Made by a program: the position numbers and the translations under genes | Shown: positions 25,726 to 38,446 of the stretch, piece by piece | Layout of the letters: each line of letters starts with the position of its first letter | How positions within the stretch are numbered: position 1 is the first letter of the stretch | The notes under the pieces: model-generated | What the model was told of the DNA's origin: nothing | Database searches by the model: none | Seen by the model: the letters and a program-made list of their open reading frames with translations, nothing else | Source: Octopus sinensis | Lineage: Eukaryota | Direction of reading: 5' to 3' | NCBI RefSeq assembly: GCF_006345805.1 | Contig: NC_043008.1 | Span: 1,302,001 to 1,366,000 of the forward strand | Length of the DNA stretch: 64,000 nucleotides

Positions 25726-28700
25726 GTGAACCTCGAGTAAAAGTTTTTGTGATATTTTTGATGCTTTTTAATAAAGCATATTACTCTACTTCTGGTATTC
25801 GAGTACAATTTCTTCGACCTTGTTTCGCATTTATGTGCTTACACACACACACACACGCATATATATATATATATATGTGTGTATGTGTATGTGTGTGTGT
25901 ATGTGTGTGTGTTTGTGTATGTCTATTCCTTCTGTTATAAACACCTTAATTCATGTCTATGTTTATCGATTGCTTTTGTTAGTGCATGACATTTTTAATT
26001 TTCATGTATAAGCTCTTGAAGATAATATAGACATTGCCATCTCCCAAGACACTGCTATTTGTGTACTTGATTGGACTTTTCACAAAAAAAATATTTTTAG
26101 GTACATTTTACCTCATTCTGTCCTCAGTGTTTTATTTAATTAAATTTTTTTTGTACCCCCCCCCCCCATTTTCCTCGTGTATCTCTGAAGTTTTCTTCCC
26201 TACTCTTTCTTCTGTTAATTGTTCCCAATTTTCGTCTTTGCATCTTCTCATATTTTCTTGTTTGTTTTCTTTTCCAATTATACGCCATGTTTCCAATTCT
26301 ATCCTTTATTTTACCACTCCACTTTTCTCACTTTTTTCCTTCCCATACTGAATAATTTTTAAAAAACATTTTGTTTTTCACGAGATATAACCCATTTTTT
26401 TCCTATTCGCCTGTATATTCAAAACCTCGTTCCGCTTTATAGCGTCTCTTACCCCTACTTTTACAGACATTTCCAGCACCCTATATCACTTTCACCTTTC
26501 ATTTCACCTTACCTCCGCACCCTCTCTCATCTTATAAATTTAATCCACGTCCGTTTTTATTCTTCTCAACATCAATTCTTCTGTCACATCCCTCCTTTTC
26601 TTTACTTACGTTATGTTCATTTAATGAACAAATGTCAGAAATGTTAAAACATTTTACATTACCGTTTAATCTAAAACTGATTTAATATGTTTAAAAACAT
26701 GTTACACCTTATTAATTTCCATTCATCTACTCACCTTAGTATCATATATATTACTATCACCTTTGATTTTTCTCCACCTGGGTACATTATTGAACTTTTA
26801 ACAAGCATCGTACTTCTATACATTTTTCGCAATGTTTCATCGAAATTGCTGTGTCTCAGTTTCTTTGGAGATAAAAGAAGTGGCTTATAGAAGAAATCTT
26901 CATCCAAATCCGATCAAGTAAAGACTACCTACCTCACTCGGTTTGCATAATTCAGACACCATCTCCACAAAAACATGGAATTTTAGATGATGGAATTAAA
27001 TAATTTATGACTCTATTCTCCAGTATCAGTTTCAAATGTCCTTTGCAATCGTTTTACTATGAGACCTCTTCGCATTATTCGTTTAAGAACTAAAAGCGTA
27101 CACGTGGGAAGGGCTACACAAAGGTCAAATACCATACAGTTTATTTATTTTCTTTTTCGTTGGTTTTGCAAAATGATTATAAATTGAAAATCGAATGTAG
27201 CAAAAAAACACGCTAATATGTGTTAACAAATGAATAGTGAATTACAGATGATATTTTCTATATATTTTCCCAGAGCAATTCTTAACAAATTTCTCCATTT
27301 GAGTGCTTCATATTTACTTCAATAGAACATATTTGTCAGGTAAACTTTTCTAAGTTTCTGTGTAGCTGTAAAATCGCTTTTTGTCTATGGGGTAATATAT
27401 ATGTTCAGGCTTGGAGTTACTCCATGTTTCTAATTGAGTTTCGCTCGCGAGAATTCGATTGATATCCGCACAAATTCATACACCATGTGTGGTATGAGTC
27501 ATGCAATGCCTCTGCCTCAAAACTTAGGATTTATATTCACGAGGGATCACCTAACGTATCTGGGAGGCAGGTTTCCGGCGAAACTACGAAACTTATCTCT
27601 TGCTTTACCATTACACAAGATTAACTAAAGCTAATCTAAATATTAGGTTCCTCAACTAAAATGTCTATTCTGTTCTTGATGTGCTTCTTCATAAAATGGC
27701 TGCTTACAAGTACAACTTTTACAGACAAAGCAAATACTAAACTCCTTTAGAAGTTCGGTATGTGCTTATTCAAGAGATATTAGAATACTAATAAGTGTGT
27801 ACTTATTAATATTTCTCATATCTCTTCAATAATGATAGAGGCAAGACAAATAAAATAAATTCAAAATTCTGTAGTCTATAATTTTGCCATTTGTAGGCCA
27901 GCCTGATTTTGATTTTTACTCTTGTGGTAGAAATCTTTCCATAGTTCTATTTATGGTAAACATAAAAAGAAAGGACCTCCGTCACTTTCAGTTACTTATT
28001 CATTGAAGATTATGTTGTGACAGCTTCCGGAGGAATAGTATTGTGAATTTTATTATCCACATCAGATAATCATGGGATAGCTTTTCTTTGAAAAAATGTA
28101 GATCATGAAATAGATGCAGAAGAATTGTAGCAATCCAAGTTGTGCGCACATCTATTTACACATAACTTCCATACAAAATTTTAAAGAAATACATTTTACT
28201 AGAAAACTAAACACTTTTTAAAGATCTTGTCTTAAAAAAAAACAATTCAAAACATACTTATCATCCATTTTCTGTGCGTGTAATTTTAATGTCTTCACTC
28301 TTTCCTGAGATGATGCCCTCAAGGATAAGGATGAAAATCTGAAAATTTTCGGTATTTCGTTTTCCTATATATAACATTAAGCACAAAATTGTAAAACACG
28401 TTTTTCTCCTAAAAGAAAAAAAAACGAACATATGAAGGAAGTATAGCAGGGTTCTTAGCGAATAAGCATTAAAATTTCAGAAGAAACGTGATTAGATATC
28501 TACGGGCTAAGTTCAAAGAAGAATATTCGTATATGAAAAGAAATGCGGTATTACCAGAAAAAGCAACACGGAAATGAACGAATTATATAGCTTGTTTTTT
28601 ATCATGTACTCTATTTTTTTATTTTACCACGCAAATTCGGTAGTGTGCAATTCACCTTTCCAAAATAATTCTCTGTGTAATAATCAAATTGTAAGAACAA

Positions 28701-28809
28701 CTACTTCCTGTGATGAAAATTTCTGAACATAAGATGAAATGATTACGTATACACATGTATAAAATTTATCTACACATTGAAATATATATGCAATTATGTT
28801 ACAGATATA

Positions 28810-28848
<39 letters not shown>

Positions 28849-28850
<2 letters not shown>

Positions 28851-29036
28851 GCATAGCGGTATTTCGTCTGTCGTTACGTTCTGAGTTCAAATTACGCCAA
28901 AGTCGACTTTGCCTTTTATCCTTTCGGGGTTGATAAATAAAGTACCAGTTTCGCACTGGGGTCGATACAATCGACTTAACCCCTTTGTCTGTCCTCGCTT
29001 GTCCCCTCTATGTTTAGCCCCTTGTGGGCAGTAAAG

Positions 29037-29037
<1 letters not shown>
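28849..29037 (+). mobile_element. SINE family B, 5'-truncated
   Basis: GCGGTATTTCGTCTGTCGTTACGTTCTGAGTTCAAAT...GTCGACTTTGCC...AAGTACCAGTT; collinear with 31737-31958; inside (TA)n. Confidence 0.8.
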
Positions 29038-29076
<39 letters not shown>

Positions 29077-29475
29077 GTGTGTGTGTGTCTGTGTGTGTAG
29101 TGAGAAAGAGTGAAATAGACAGACAGAGAGAAACACACAGACAGGTAGACAGATATACACACGGTGAATGTCATTATAATATCCACAGACAATACACAAT
29201 TTTACAATTTTATGACGCTTATATCTCTGTATGAAAGGTTTATGAGTTCAGAATGAAATTCAGAATTCAGACGCATCGATTATATCGCCGTCAGTGAAGT
29301 CATATATTATAATTCTGTATTAATTTTTTAAAAAATGGAATACTTATTGGAAATATAGTTTGCGGCGATATTTAAATAATAGCATGCACTCAAGAAAACC
29401 AAGTGCAATAGAGAGTACCAAAACACTGGTGTCCTTAGTCAACTCATTCCTAATTGTATTTGAAATATATCAACT

Positions 29476-29520
29476 ACTAGCAGTATTGCCCGGCTCGTGC
29501 GCTCGTGCGTTCTATCGCAT
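29476..29520 (+). mobile_element. possible non-autonomous Helitron 5' end
   Basis: ACTAGCAGTATTGCCCGGC resembles ACTAG...CCCG Helitron 5' termini as I recall them; no matching 3' hairpin-CTRR located. Confidence 0.3.
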
Positions 29521-29908
29521 GAGACTCATTTGGCAATCGTGTAAGTCTTCGAGATATCTGACATGTCTATGAAAGGGACGTATTAATATGAGTAAATAAA
29601 TTGAAAGTAAATAAAAGTAAACAATATATAATGAAATTAAGCACAGCCTACAAGTCTTTTCCAGAATGTAGCCGGATGTAGCCCATAAAACAATGGGTAA
29701 CTGTAATGCCTAAAATAAAGATTATATATGCTATTGATTTAAATTAGATATCCAGAGTCCAACTTCGACTCATATAGATATTTGCGAACTCAAATATTCT
29801 ACAATTACGTACACATATACTTGTACGCATATGCAGGCGCACATTTAGTTTAAACCATCCATCCTGATAGACTTATGTACTGAAGATATATGGCTTCTCT
29901 CTCTCTCC

Positions 29909-29956
<48 letters not shown>

Positions 29957-30659
29957 GATACACACTCACGTATGTGCACTCATGCAGATATTCTATAGAT
30001 GTCAGCACTGACACTTGTTAGCAATTATATACTATATAATTACGGTCGTAAGCAATTATAATAACTAATTATCATTGATATAAGGATTTACGAACCAGAA
30101 ATATAAGAGATTAGGCCAAGGTTATCTTGTTTTAGTGATAAATCGTAAGAATTTAAAAACAAATTGATTTGGGATAATACAATTCTTCAAATTATTAGCC
30201 AAATATAATAAATATGCGATTCAATCAACGTAAGTCAAAGTGTTCGTATCATTCGGATGAGTACAATCATAGCATTAGCTGCGCTTATTGGACCACAATA
30301 TTAGATAATTAAATAGCTAAGAGATTAGGGTGAAGTCGATCGTAAAATGTTACTAATGGTTAAAATCATTTATCATTAAATTTTGTAGGCTTTCAAGGAT
30401 AATAGGTGCACTAAATTTAAGATCTAAATATTATACTTACTGGGTTTGTATTTCAAAGTTTGGAATTCATAAACAAGTTACATGAAAATTTAAATCAGTA
30501 ATAACAAATATCTATAGACAACATTTCTCTAAGAACATGCTCACTAAGTGGAAAGAGAGAGAGAGAGACAGAGACAGAGAGAGTAAAGAGAAAGAAGGAG
30601 AGAGAGAAGAGAGAGAGAGAAAGCGATAGAGAGAGACCTATTTCTAAAGTTTAAGGATT

Positions 30660-31690
30660 TATTTACCTAAATAAGTTAGTGTTGCAAGGTTTCGAACTGT
30701 TATTATCATTGCCTTGGTGATTAGATTGCGGCGCAACAATTTGACTCCTTAGACGACTAAGTGTATATGGAGGACGGAACTCTAGGCATTTTACTGCCCT
30801 TAGATATACGGTTCAGTTAAATATGTTTTAATCTAGTTAGGTATTCGACAATGCTGTGTGTTGTGGAGTGAGATAGCTTCACTGTATATGGGTGGAGCAT
30901 CTTACGAAAAGGGCCTCCTGTAGAGAAATGACTATTCAGAACTCTGAGGAATTCTGAGGCTATATCGGGTTCAGTATTTAGTTTATCTGGAGGATGAAAG
31001 AAAACCACACAAATTTACAGCTGATTACGTAAGAGTTACGCAATCAGCTGCAAATTTTATTATCTCACCTGCTTGCCCGAGAAGAATGAGAAGGCAGGTG
31101 TTATTGCTATTATCGCCGGGAACGTCAATCCTACAGATCATATTAATTTCAGGCCTTATTTCACTGATGTTGTTATTGTATATTTGCCCATGAACATTTA
31201 TGTTTATAATTGCGATTATAACAACAATTAGTATTTTCATTATTATCCTCATTAATACTACTATAAATCTTATTACCATGTATAGTTCGGTGATTACATT
31301 TAATGCAGTTCCTAACTATAGTATAACTTTCATCATTTGTTTCTCGGCTATATTTAACATAATTAGTACTCTTACCATTAGCTTTATTAATTGTTCTAAT
31401 TGCAGTATTGTGTTAGTTATCCTTATTGTTACAGGTGTCTTAATTCATGCTCCATTTAATCCAATTACTAACATTAGCAGGTCCAATGTCACGTGCGCTA
31501 TTATTAAAACGCATATATTTAATGCAATTATTCTAACTTATAACGACATGACTATTACTCCCTATTACGATTATTAATAGTATTGTTGTTAAGAGTTATA
31601 TTTATTAGGAATTCTTTTATTGATCTGATTATTATTATCATTATAGTTATTAATAATATTCTAACTGCTACCATTATCACTTTACTACAC
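30660..31690 (-). mobile_element. Naiad-like PLE fragment (Asn-rich linker plus post-thumb motif), decayed
   Basis: ORF 30817-31008 VFFHPPDKLNTEPDIASEFLRVLNSHFSTGGPFRKMLHPYTVKLSHS parallels ILWLNIPFNCAIQSDIQNKFKVILEKNFPISHRYHRIISRKTVRISYS in the 33.4-kb element. It is preceded on the minus strand by about 600 bp of AAT-rich coding-like sequence. Confidence 0.7.
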
Positions 31691-31736
31691 TAGATGTAAC
31701 AGATACGACGTTCATCGTTACTGCTAGTATTAGATT

Positions 31737-31958
31737 GGCAGCAAGGTGGCAGAAACGTTAGTATCCGGACGAAATGCTTAGTGGTATTTCGTCTGCCGCT
31801 ACGTTCTGAGTTCAAATTCCGTTGGGGTCGACTTTGCCTTTCATCCTTTCGAGGTCGATAAATTAAGTACCAGTTACGCACTGGAGTCGATGTAATCGAC
31901 TTAATCCATTTGTCTGTCCTTGTTTGTTCCCTTGTGGGTAGTAAAGAAATAGGTATTT
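31737..31958 (+). mobile_element. tRNA-derived SINE family B, full length
   Basis: A-box-like TGGCAGAAACG, B-box-like GAGTTCAAATTCC, core GTCGACTTTGCCTTTCATCCTTTCG...AAGTACCAGTT...GTCGATGTAATCGACT. Confidence 0.85.
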
Positions 31959-31974
31959 TGTCGACTTTTCCTGT

Positions 31975-32540
31975 TCATTTTTTCGGGGCCTAAGAATCAA
32001 GTACCAGTTGCGTTCTGAGGTCGATCTAATCGACGGGCCCCTCCCCATTAATTTCGGGCCTTGTGCGAAACAAAATGCGAAACAAAATGCTTGACAACAT
32101 TTCGACGACCATTACACTCTGAGTTCAAATTCCGGCGAGGTCGACATTGCTTTTCATCTTTTCGGTGTCGATAAAATAAATACCAGTCAAGCAATGGCGT
32201 CGATAAAATCGACTACACCCCTCCCCCAAATTTCAGGTCTTGTACCTATAGTAGAAAGTTATATTATTGATATTAGTAATATTCCCACGGCTAAAACATT
32301 ATCACTCTATCATTGTTACCAGATAGGCAACAAGCTGGCAGAAGCGTTAGCACGCCATGCAAAATGCATAGCTGAATTTCGCCCGTCTTTACATACTATG
32401 TTCAAATCCTGCCGGGTCGACTTTGCTATTCATACTTTTGGTGTCTATAAAATAATTACCAGTTGAGCACTGGGATCCATGTCGTAGACTTGTCCACTCG
32501 TCCGTACCTGCTGACTTTGTGCCAAAATTATAAACCATTA
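31975..32540 (+). mobile_element. three further SINE family B copies/fragments in tandem
   Basis: The core AAGTACCAGTT...GTCGAT..AATCGAC recurs at about 31999, 32178 and 32450; heads at about 32085 and 32328. Confidence 0.75.
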
Positions 32541-33299
32541 TTTTTATTAACAAACTCATAAATAGTTACCATATTCCAGTGTCTTCATATTGAAATGACA
32601 GTGAACGCAGGGCTCCGGGTGTTGTATCAGATTTGTTATTGATATGCACTATTCAGGTGCCAGTCATTACCATTTTTATACTTCGATTTGTATGCTTTCC
32701 TTTTTACGCTGTGTCTAGTAAGGTAACTAATATTTGGAACGTGTCCTGCCTAGCTAAGGCCTTGTTCTAGTATGCGGCATTTTACTTAAAGAAACATATG
32801 TATCATAGATTTACGGACGTTCCTAAGTTTATTTCAGTGGCGATTTACATATATTAAAACATTAAATGCTTGTTATCTTTATAATAAGGCGCACAAACAC
32901 CGCAATCTAGTTCCAACGTAAGGAAATCCACAAATCCATGATTATTATCTAACGTGATGGATAGAACCACATTCATGAAAATCCTAGACAATATTATCTC
33001 ACATATCTCATAGAGTTCTTGCATTTTCGCAGTACCAATTGATCGAATTAATTGGAAGCCACATTGTCGTAGCAGACGCAATGGCAGTTATATTGAGGGA
33101 TAATTTCTTTTCCATCTGTTAAATAGTATCTTACTACGAATACTTTTCTAAAGAAATAGAAATGACTGAAAATGAATGTATGTCTTTACTGATCTCTCAT
33201 TCACGGATTAATATCCGCCATTAAAATATATTCATTGAATCAAAATGTTTTGATCCATCCATACATTTATATTTGTGTGCATACACACACAGACACACG

Positions 33300-33349
<50 letters not shown>

Positions 33350-33395
33350 CATATACATTATATATATATACATATATATATATATATAACCCTTC

Positions 33396-34343
33396 TTGGA
33401 TAACCCTTCAGTAAGGCTGATCTGTCCAACTAAGTCGGACATTGGCCGACTTAGTAAATCTATCCTGGATACTGTTCTACCCCAAATAACCCCTCTTCTC
33501 CCCTTAAACCTATGGCTAAGTACCGACGAAGTTCTAAAATGGTTTAACTCTCTAACTAATACTAGTAGTCTGTCCTTTATTCAGTTCGATATTAATAGTT
33601 ATTACTCTAGCATTTCCCCTATCTTACTCAACAAATCACTAATATTTGCCATGAATCGCTCCCTCATAACTAGAGAAGAAATTAATATTGTGCTACTAGC
33701 TAGGAAGACATTTATTGAATTTGAAGATAAATTATGGACTAGAGCAGATACACCAAATTTTTTTGATATACCAATGGGTTCCAGTGATTCGGCTGAGGTA
33801 ACCAACCTAGTAGGCGCATATCTATTAAAATGCATAAGCAAGGATATCCCAGAAATACAGGGGGGTCTATATAGGGATGATGCTCTCTTTGTTATCCCTA
33901 GTAATAATAAATCTGTTATAGAAAGGATTAGAAAGAAAATTAATAAGTTCTTTAAGGATTTCAACCTCAGTATAACGTATGAACCGGGCACTAAAATAGC
34001 TAATTTCCTAGATATTACCCTAGACCTTAACTCCAAGCTACATTACCCATTTAGAAAGGAAGGCGAAGTCACGAATTACGTAAATAAATTATCAAATCAT
34101 CCCCCAAATATAATAGAATCTTTAGTAAGAAATATTTCATTAAGAATTTCAAAATTATCTTCCAATAAGGATATATTTAACTCCCATTCTGAGCATTATA
34201 ATGCGGCGTTAAATAAGGCTGGATACAACCAAAAGATTACATTCGTTGATAGGGAGAACTCACGTATTCCTAATAATGAAGTTATCAGTAATCACGTAAG
34301 CAGCAAAAAGACCAAGCCCGAAATAAAAGTAGAATTAAATTAA
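33396..34343 (+). pseudogene. Penelope-like reverse transcriptase (Naiad-like), 5'-truncated
   Basis: VRLICPTKSDIGRLSK, FIQFDINSYYSSI, FDIPMGSSDSAEVTNLVG, GLYRDDAL, NFLDITLDL, YVNKLSNHPP and YNAALNKAGY follow the RT and thumb motif order of PLEs with the PMGSxDxAE / GLYRDD signature. Confidence 0.92.
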
Positions 34344-35649
34344 CGGTAAACGCTAATCTAGAGTACAGGCCCAACAATTCAAATAGAAGCATTGACCAGA
34401 ACATAGGTAACTCGGATAAGATTGAAGTAGATAAACCTAAGATGCACACAAATAAAAATAAAAATAATGGTAATAAATACAATAACTCCGGTGAGATGAA
34501 TAGTAGTAATTCTACGAACCCTAAATTTTATAAAAAAGATATATTATGGCTGAATATTCCTTTCAACTGTGCGATACAATCGGATATACAGAACAAATTC
34601 AAAGTGATTCTGGAAAAAAATTTCCCTATCTCTCATAGATATCATAGAATTATTTCTAGGAAAACAGTTAGGATTTCTTATTCAACCCTCCCAAATATGT
34701 CCACTTTAATAGCTAAAATTAATAATAACAACATTAAACTAGCCAGGAAAGATAGAAATAAAAATAATAAAATCAGAATGAATACCAATAGCAATAACAA
34801 TAATACTACCAACAATAAAAACAGCAATAGGAACTATCAAAACATAGGTGAAATTAGTAACCACAGAATGACTAATAACATTAACATTAATAGTAATAAT
34901 AATAATGCCGATATTAATAGAAGTAATATTGTTAATAATAGAAATAATAGAAATAAGGCTAATGGAGAAAATAAGGAGAATGAAAATATCAGTGATATCT
35001 ATAACAATAATATACAGTTGGATAAAAAGACTAACAATAATAATAACATTACGAATAATATAAGAAATCTTGGTAGGACTTTACACCTAAATGATGAAAC
35101 AGAAGGATCAATAAATAATAACAATACTTTAGATATTAGCACCAACTATAGAAATGATAATCAAAATAATAGGAACCTTAAACATCTACCCAGGAATAAT
35201 CCAAGGCCTGAAGTTGTTCCTCCTGTGTGTAAGTGTAGAATAAAATCAAAATGCCCGGCACCTGGTCTATGTAGGGAAAATAATGTAATCTATAAATGTA
35301 CCATATCCACGGAGAATAACAAATATTTTTACATTGGCTGTACAATTAATTTTTTAGCTAGAGTTAGAAATCACATCTCGACTTTTAAATTACGTCATAA
35401 AGCTGGTACCACCACACTTTCAAACAAAATCTGGGAACTCAAAAATAATAATAAAAATTAAACCTTAATTGGGAAATAGTTAGGAGAGCAATTCCGTATA
35501 AAAATAGTAGGGTTGGTTGTCAACTATGCTCCATGGAGACGTACGAAATTCTAAAGCATAGTAAACATAGAAACTTATTGAATAACCATATCGAACTAGG
35601 TCAAGTTTGTGTCCACGCTAAATTGAAGACTTTAAAATATTTTAAATGA
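34292..35649 (+). pseudogene. PLE linker, Cys-rich motif and GIY-YIG endonuclease (continuation of the RT ORF through two single-base frameshifts)
   Basis: The frame of ORF 34442-35461 is open from 34292. Motifs: ILWLNIPF, TVRISYSTLPNM, CKCRIKSKCPAPGLC, VIYKC...YIGCT...RVRNH...LSNKIWELK. After a shift at about 35460 it continues NLNWEIVRRAIPYKNSRVGCQLC...LLNNHIELGQVCVHAKLKTLKYFK*. Confidence 0.9.
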
Positions 35650-37091
35650 TTGGAATATTCATAACTAGATAGATAGATATAACTTGATTTCTACTAGTAT
35701 AGCACTGCTTTAAGTAGATAACTAGGAGTTCTCACATTACAGTTATCTTTATCTTTTTCCTTATATCTGCATCAGTTTTTTGAGTACAGGAAATGAATAG
35801 TACTTATTCGCTACTTAATTGAGGCTTTATTTAATTTCAAACTCACAATTTTTAAATTCTTAATTTTAAATCTTAATTGTAATATTTAATTTTAATTCCT
35901 AACTTAATCTAATTTAAATAGCATAACTCTAATAAATTATAATTAGTTACTGTAGCCCCATAATTCTATTTCATAATTAAATAAATAAGGCTATTCCCTC
36001 GGTGATAATATGATTATCTTCATTATGATAGACAATCCCCTAACACCTTGTAAATGATCTTATAAGATTTGACCTGTAGTCAGTCAATGTATGAATAATA
36101 ACGACAACTCCTTAAGACAATAAAATGAATAAATTAAATAAGTAAATTTTTAATGACTTTTTGATAAGATTATACTTAGATTTTCCTAATGTATTTTCTG
36201 GTGATTTTAGCATCTGACCCCTTAACCCCTGACTGTGTTATCTCTTTAGATTCTCTTTAAACTCATAGCTGATTTCAACAGCAATAAATTAACGGTTTAC
36301 TGGTCAAAGAATAATATTCTCCTCTAGTTCCTAGATGCCTGTTGATTAAAACCAGACTACAGTCTACTAACTCTTCTGTATAGCTAGAACCCTCTTTTTT
36401 TCTTTTTCTTTTTTCCCTTCTTTCCCTATTTCTTTCTCTTTTCTCTTTTTTCTTTTTCTTCTCCTTATTCTCTGTTTCCTTTTCTCTTCTCTTTTAGTCC
36501 CCCTCTCCCCCCCCCTTTTTTGCTCCTCCTCCATTATTTTCTCTCTTTTCTTCTATTCCCTTCTCTATTCTTGGCCGATCTAGTAAGCCCTTCAGCCTTT
36601 AAGAGTTAAATAGCTACAGCCTCTTGTGAATAGCAGTAATGTGATTAATGTGGCAAACACCTAATCATATAACAAGGATTGATACCTACCTCATTGTGTT
36701 CAACCATTGTAAAATTTATCGCCTGTAAATATGAAATTCATCTCCATTTCTCTGGAAATTTACATCTACACCATTGGAATCTGTGCATATATACAAAGGA
36801 TTAATTCACCCTCTCTGTAATGCTAATAAGCAGGAATTGAGACCCACCTCGTTGTAATTAACAATGGATAAATTTGTCTTCTGTGAGTATATAATCCCTC
36901 ATCATATCTATGGAAATTCATATGGATTAGGTCACCTTCTCTGTGATGCTATCAAAACTTTTTTAAAATTCTGTGATAAGACTGTACATCATCTTTAAAG
37001 AACTTTAATGAACTTTAGAAATCTGTTTAATATCTACATTACTTCATGAGTATAGCCTCAAACACTAGGATGTCTAGAGAACTTACATGTA

Positions 37092-37182
37092 TTTTAGCTG
37101 ATGAGTACGGGACTCGTTTATATGCTGTAATCTTTGCAACTTTTAATAAAACCTGTCCTTGTATGAAACGATCGTACTAAAA
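37092..37182 (+). ncRNA. type I hammerhead ribozyme, intact core
   Basis: Stem I TTTTAG/CTAAAA; CTGATGA (37098-104); stem II GTACGGGAC/GTCCTTGTAT with wobbles and one bulge; GAAA (37165-68); palindromic stem III ACGATCGT; GUA cleavage triplet, cut after 37176. Confidence 0.85.
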
Positions 37183-37239
37183 ACCTATCCATTCTTGTTG
37201 CTTCTTTCTCGCTTATATATATATATATATATATAGTAC

Positions 37240-38290
37240 AAGAAAACAACAGCTTCAATACTAATAATACCAAAATTTATCTTGATATGAACCGAAGTCA
37301 ACTGATGAATCAGTACACCCCGACAAACAAATAAAATCTCTCAATGATAGTCAGCAACAAAACATTAACAATAGACACAGAATTCACAAGCACAAGAAGC
37401 ATACTAATATACTTAATAAATACGTGCACCATAACCCAAACTTTACTAAAAGACAAAAGCAATTTACAAATCACTAACAAGAATAATACTAATATAAAAA
37501 AGAACCAAGAATACTGACAACAATCACCAAAAATAATTATAGATAAAACTATGAATAAACCAATAAACATAAAAATGAATATAATGTCATTGCACCGAAT
37601 CCCTCTAATAATACACAGAAATCATATAACTATAGATAGAAATAAAATAAAAAAAAAACGAAACCAATAACATGTGAAAGAATAGATGACCCCCAAAACA
37701 TAGACCATAAACTCTAATAAAGAAAACAACAATAACACTACTTGGATCATAATTCCTTTTGCCAAACATCTAAAATCTAATTTTAGCTGATCCATTAGAA
37801 ATATAAATAATAAAAACTTTTAAAACTCCAAATATGCAAAACTATTTTATAACAAAAACCAGACTTAGATTTTCAGCCTCTCCAAATCCTTTTAGGATAA
37901 TCTCTTATTTTAGCAATAAGAAACTGAACTTATTCTATAATAAAAGAAGACTTCATCAAATATACCTAGCAACTCCAATAATTCTATAACTAACAAATAT
38001 TATTATGATAATAAGCAAAATTCCAGTATCCCTAATAAATATGGACATCACAACATAATACCAGCCACTAATTTAAATTGTAATTTCAGAGACCCAAATA
38101 CTTGTGAAGTAGATAGAAATTGCAAAAGGGAAGAAGTAGTATACCAAGAAACTATTATTACTCATAACTCCTCTAAATATATATATACATTGGTTGCACG
38201 AAAAAGTCTATAAAATTAAGAAGCATTGATCATAAATCTTCCTTTAATGACCCAAGTAAAGAGAACATTTTCAATTATATTTTCAAATAA
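37240..38290 (+). mobile_element. second, more decayed Naiad-like PLE fragment (linker and GIY-YIG)
   Basis: TWIIIPF at about 37740; CNFRDPNTCEVDRNCKREEVVYQ from 38079; YIGCTKKSIKLRSIDHKSSF from about 38186; multiple stops. Confidence 0.8.
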
Positions 38291-38446
38291 CCGTTATTTG
38301 CCTTAGTTTTAGTTTATACTTAACTAGACTCACGCTCCTTATTATGATGCTCGTATTTTTCATAAGGTTGAATATGAATATCTCAAATTATTCTCCGTAA
38401 TTTCATTTATCAAGTCGTCTGTAATAATAATTTTTTGTTTATACTT

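Larger units (their letters stand above)
33386..37215 (+). mobile_element. Naiad-like Penelope-like retroelement including about 1.5 kb 3'UTR with terminal hammerhead
   Basis: RT plus GIY-YIG, pyrimidine-rich 3'UTR, HHR at 37092-37182, (TA)n at both boundaries. Confidence 0.88.

Noticed and set aside
30247-30350. CGGATGA...GAAGTCGATCGTAAAATG hammerhead-like string; similar weak case near 26885-26925
   Set aside because: Multiple core substitutions and poor stem II; possibly very old HHRs but unsupported.
34302-34310. Programmed -1 frameshift at C AAA AAG between RT and endonuclease frames
   Set aside because: Not a canonical X XXY YYZ heptamer, and PLEs normally have one continuous ORF; a post-insertion indel is simpler.
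34442-35649. Possible selenocysteine recoding, reported for some Naiad PLEs
   Set aside because: No in-frame TGA at Cys positions; the interruptions are frameshifts ending in TAA. No SECIS could be supported by eye.
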